A stretch of 64,000 nucleotides of DNA from Eledone cirrhosa (lineage: Eukaryota). How positions within the stretch are numbered: the first letter of the stretch is position 1; every line of letters starts with the position of its first letter. Shown one piece after another: positions 59,080 through 64,000 of the stretch. The notes beneath the pieces are model-generated. The model worked only from the letters and a program-made list of their open reading frames with translations. It had not been told where the DNA came from and searched no databases. A program made the translations under genes and the position numbers. The DNA lies in assembly GCA_964016885.1 (NCBI GenBank), contig OZ024742.1, forward strand, positions 199,578,001-199,642,000, given 5' to 3'.

Positions 59080-61139
59080 TGACACCACCACTACAACCAC
59101 CAACACCAGCACTATCATACCACTACCTCCGCCATCAACACCTCTCCACACGACCAAGTCCACCACTTCAGCAGCAGAGCCAGCATCAGTATCACCACTA
59201 CCACCACACCACCTTCACAAGCACCACTACCATCACCCCAGCACCACTACCAGCATCACTACGAACAACACCATCACCACTACAACTACCACTATAACCA
59301 ACACCATTACCACCACAACCACCAGCACCACCATCATCACCTGCACCAGCAGCGCCACTACCATCGCCACCACCACACAGTCAACCCCACCAGCATCAGC
59401 AGCAGCATCACGAAGCACCAGCACCAGCACCATCAGCAGCACCACCCTCACCACAACCATCCCCACCACCACACGACGACCTCCACCAGCATCACTACCA
59501 CTACCACGACACCCCCAGCACCACCACCACTACCAACACAACCACCACCAGTAGCACTACCACCACCGTCTCTACAACCATCCCCACCACCACACGACGA
59601 CCTCCACCAGCAGCACTACCACTACCACGACACCCCCAGCACCACCACCACCACCACTACCAACACAACCACCACCAGTAGCACTACCACCACCGTCTCC
59701 ACAACCATCCCCACCACCACACGGCAACCTCCACCAGCAGCACTACCACTACCACGACACCCCCAGCACCACCACCACCACCACTACCAACACAACTACC
59801 ACCAGTAGCACTACCACCACCGTCTCCACAACCATCTCCACCACCACACGACCACCTCCACCAGCAGCACTACCACTACCACGACACCCCCAGCACCACC
59901 ACCACCACCACTACCAACACAACCACCACCAGTAGCACTACCACCACCGTCTCCACAACCATCCCCACCACCACACGGCAACCTCCACCAGCAGCACTAC
60001 CACTACCACGACACCCCCAGCACCACCACCACCACCACTACCAACACAACCACCACCAGTAGCACTACCACCACCGTCTCCACAACCATCCCCACCACCA
60101 CACGGCAACATCCACCAGCATCAGCAGCACTATCAGCACTACCACCACCACCACCACCAACACTAACTCTACTACCACCACCAGCATCAGCAGCTGCAGC
60201 ACCACTAGCTCCACCAGCTCTACCAGCTCACCACCAGCACCAGCACCACCAGCTCTACCACCACCACCAGCACCAGCTCACCAGCAGCACCAGCTCTACC
60301 ACCAGCACCACCACCAGCTCACCAGCTCTACCAGCACCAGCACCAGCACCACTACCACCAGCTCTACCACCACCACCAGCACCAGCTCACCAGCAGCACC
60401 AGCACCACCAGCTCTACCACCAGCACCACCACCAGCTCACCAGCTCTACCAGCACCAGCACCAGCACCACTACCACCAGCTCTACCACCACCACCAGCAC
60501 CAGCTCACCAGCAGCACCAGCACCACCAGCTCTACCACCAGCACCACCACCAGCTCACCAGCTCTACCAGCACCAGCACCAGCACCACTACCACCAGCTC
60601 TACCACCACCACCAGCACCAGCTCACCAGCAGCACCAGCACCACCAGCTCTACCACCACCACCACCAGCTCAGCAGCTCACCATCTCTACCAGCACCACC
60701 AGCACCAGCACCACCAGCACCACCACCAGCTCTACCAGCACCACCACCACCAGCACCACCACCACTACCACCAGCTCACCAGCAGCACCAGCAGCACCAG
60801 CACCACCAGCACTACCACCACCACCACCACCAGCTCACCAGCTCTACCAGCACCACCACCAGCACCACCAGGTTACCAGCACCACCACCACCAGCACCAC
60901 CACCAGCTCTACTAGCAGCACCAGCACCAGCTCTACCACCAGCACCATCACCACCAGCACCACCACCAGCTCTACCAGCAGCATCAGCACCACCAGCACC
61001 ACCACCACCACCAGCTCTACCAGCACCACCAGCACCACCAGCACCACCAGCACCACCACCACCAGCACCACCAGGTTACCAGCACCACCACCACCAGCAC
61101 CACCACGAGCTCTACCACCACCACCAGCACCAGCTCTAC
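59080..61139. repeat. (CAC/CAG)n array with about 126-bp higher-order units
   Basis: ccacaaccatccccaccaccacacg recurs about every 126 bp from 59451 to 60080, then cagctctaccaccagcac units follow. Confidence 0.92.
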
Positions 61140-61460
61140 CTGTCTTTCGGGTGCCTTTAGCGAAGGAATTCACTCTGTTACTAGTAATCGGGTCACTTCT
61201 TCATTTGAAGGATACCTTTCACCTTCATTCCCACCAATCTTAGAGGACCTTAAAAAATGCTCATAGTCACTCTTGTCCTCCTCCCCCTCTCTAATCACTG
61301 TATCCCGCTCCTCCTCCTACTCCACACGGAAAAAAAAAAACGAAAACGAAAAAAATCTAAACAGAAACCAGACGCTTTATATTTGCTGGTGTCTGCCAAG
61401 AAAAGTTCAAAATTGAACATTTTGTTAACGTTAATGTTGGAAACAGAAAGAAAAAATATA
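61140..61460 (-). other. Candidate non-coding 5' exon of the GPCR gene
   Basis: Unique sequence ending in GACAG|gtagag at 61140 on the gene strand. Coding exon 1 has an acceptor, so an upstream exon is expected. The upper boundary is unknown. Confidence 0.3.
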
Positions 61461-62705
61461 TGTTGATAGAAAATGCAAAATGTTAAAGAAGAAATAAGAA
61501 TGTGAAAATAAAATAAAAAATATGATTAATAAACTAGTACAAACAAAACAAGTTTATTATGTTTGAAAATGCTGTCGGTGTCAGTACAGATGTGAAATAT
61601 GTAATTAGGCTTCGAATGAAATATGATAAGGAAAAATATTTTATTTCTATAAAGGAGACTTATTATCTGGTCGTGTTCTGAAATAATGTTACAGTTAAAA
61701 TGCCATCGGGTGTGCATGTCGATTTCTCAGCTGAATTATCACGATGTTGGCCAACTTAGAATTTAAACAGTCAGTTTGTTATTAAAACGACGCATGCGTT
61801 CATGTAGAAATTTCTCGTGTGTTACTATTAATTGTGTGTAGGAGCGTAGCCTTGTTGTTTGGGTGTTCCGCTAACGATTGTAAAAGACGTGAGTTCGTTT
61901 CTCGGCGATGCATTGTGTCCTTCAGCAAGACATTTTATTTTATGTTGCTCCAGTTCTTTCAGTGGGTAAAAAGGATTTGTATTTGGAATTCACAGGGCCA
62001 GCCATGGCCTACAGCATCATGCAAAATCTCATTGAAACCTACGTTAACAATACACGGCTCTGTGGAATGCTCAGCCACTTTCATGTTAATTTCACGAGCA
62101 GGAAATTCCATTGATCGAAACAACTAGAACCTTCGTCGTCGTAACTGACGAAAGTCCAACAAACTAAAAACGATGCATGCGCTAAACTGAACATTCGACT
62201 CATTAATTATTCCACAGAAGCATGTACCTTTAATGTATATCTCAGGGAGATTCAGCGTGACACTGTGTGACAAGGCTGAACCTTTGAGTTAAATGTACAA
62301 TCCATCTTGTGTGGCTGAGTATTCCACAGTTGCATGTAATTCTCAAAACGAATCAGTGCAAAACAATATGGTGTTGTCTAGCTTGGTTATAGTGTAAGTG
62401 GTTGAGTATTCCAGATATTTGCACCATCAACATTATTCTTAAACCGAATCCGTGTGACACCATAAGACCAAATTGGAACTTCTAAATTATAGATACAATC
62501 CAGCCGAGAGGCTTCCACATATTCCCACCTATCCAATTCCATTCACAAGGTTTAGGTTGAACCAAAGACACTTGCCTGTTAGATCAAGATCCAGGATCTC
62601 ATGATTGCAAAGCGAGGTTCTTAACGATCCAATCATGCCTACGTCTACGTCTCTGAGAGTATTGTTGGATTCAATAAAGAATAAACATGTTTATATTATT
62701 AAAAG

Positions 62706-63090
62706 GCGGTGGTTTGGCAGTATCGGTAGAGCGTCAGATACCATGCTTTGCAGCATAGTTATGGCCCTTTGTGTTCTGAGTTCAAATTCGCCGAGGTTAA
62801 CTTTGCCTTTCATCCTTACGGGGTCGATAACATAAAGAACCAGTGGTGCACTGGGATAATTGCTGGCCTTGTGCCAAAAATAGAAACTTCCGAGGTTAAC
62901 TTTGCCTTTCATCCTTACGGGGTCGATAACATAAAGTACCAGTGGTGCACTGGGGTAATCGCTGGCCTTGTGCCAAAAGTAGAAACTTCCGAGGTTCACT
63001 TTGCCTTTCATCCTTACGGGGTCGATAAAATAAAGTACCAGTAATGTACTGGTATAATTGCTGGCCTTGTGCCAAAAATAGAAACAATTA
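62706..63090 (+). mobile_element. SINE with triplicated 99-bp 3' segment
   Basis: ccgaggtt(a/c)actttgcctttcatcc occurs at 62791, 62890 and 62989. Confidence 0.85.
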
Positions 63091-63425
63091 TTAAAAGATT
63101 AACTTTTGTTATGAATTCAAACAATTTGTACAATGTACGAATTAACAATTAAAGGGACTTGAACCGTGTCACCAATTTGTTATTGTTATTGTTGTTTTTG
63201 GTTAGCCTCGGAACATCCATGATTTGCTGACTTATTCTCAGTCATTGTAACCGGGATCTTACATGAGTGCATACATGTGATTGTTTATATTAGCGTAAAG
63301 AGAAGGCACGGTTTTAACACATGACGTGCCTTGGGCAGTTAAAACTTGGCGGAACTCATCACTCTTCAATTTGCCGATTTCTTCCACAGAAAGAAAGCTA
63401 GATAGAGCGAGAGAGAGATAGAGAT

Positions 63426-63458
<33 letters not shown>

Positions 63459-63505
63459 GAGGGGACGAAGAATTGACAGCTACTTATCGTATATGTATAT
63501 GTATA

Positions 63506-63575
<70 letters not shown>

Positions 63576-64000
63576 CATATACATATACATGGTGGCTGCC
63601 AACTCGTTTTCGAGTACGGCCACTACTTTATATCCATGTAGGAGAACCCCTACCGATGCGCTGAACGAGTGTGACTTTTTAGTCCAGCCAGCGACTTGAA
63701 AACTCTGGTACAAACACTACACTTGTGACTATTACTGACACATAGTGCTGGGCCCATGGTACCATGTGACGACAAGTGCAGAAAGATCTCCAGAAATATA
63801 GCAATGCCTGTGCCGTGAAGCTTTTACAGTGAGCAAAGGCAGTGCACAAAGCCAGTCCCACTCTCTTAACCAAGATTATATTTACCAAAAAGAAGAACAA
63901 GTCAACATCATTGGATACCATCAGGGTTGCAGGTGTTATATCAGAGTTTTCCTTCTCCTAGAATTCTGCCTTGACACACACACACACACACACACACACA

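Overview
AT-rich, microsatellite-dense animal genomic DNA. The repeat landscape looks like an octopus (coleoid cephalopod) genome, which is an inference from pattern only. Most of the window is intron of one minus-strand gene. Five phase-consistent coding exons (48399-48003, 21068-20911, 11616-11446, 10158-10011, 7226-7087; 1014 nt, 338 codons) encode the signal peptide and most of the Venus-flytrap domain of a divergent mGluR-like class C GPCR, which appears to have lost most glutamate-binding residues. The introns hold RTE LINEs, Penelope-like elements (PLEs), a decayed Tc1, non-autonomous Helitrons, MITEs and SINEs. The most striking unannotated signal is about 12 type I hammerhead ribozyme motifs, found by eye. 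Some sit in PLE pseudo-LTRs and others in non-coding, direct-repeat, retrozyme-like elements (464-nt and 1276-nt units). More than a dozen small foldback (inverted repeat plus one-sided tail) inserts also lie in (TA)n tracts. All folds and alignments were done by eye; no searches were run.
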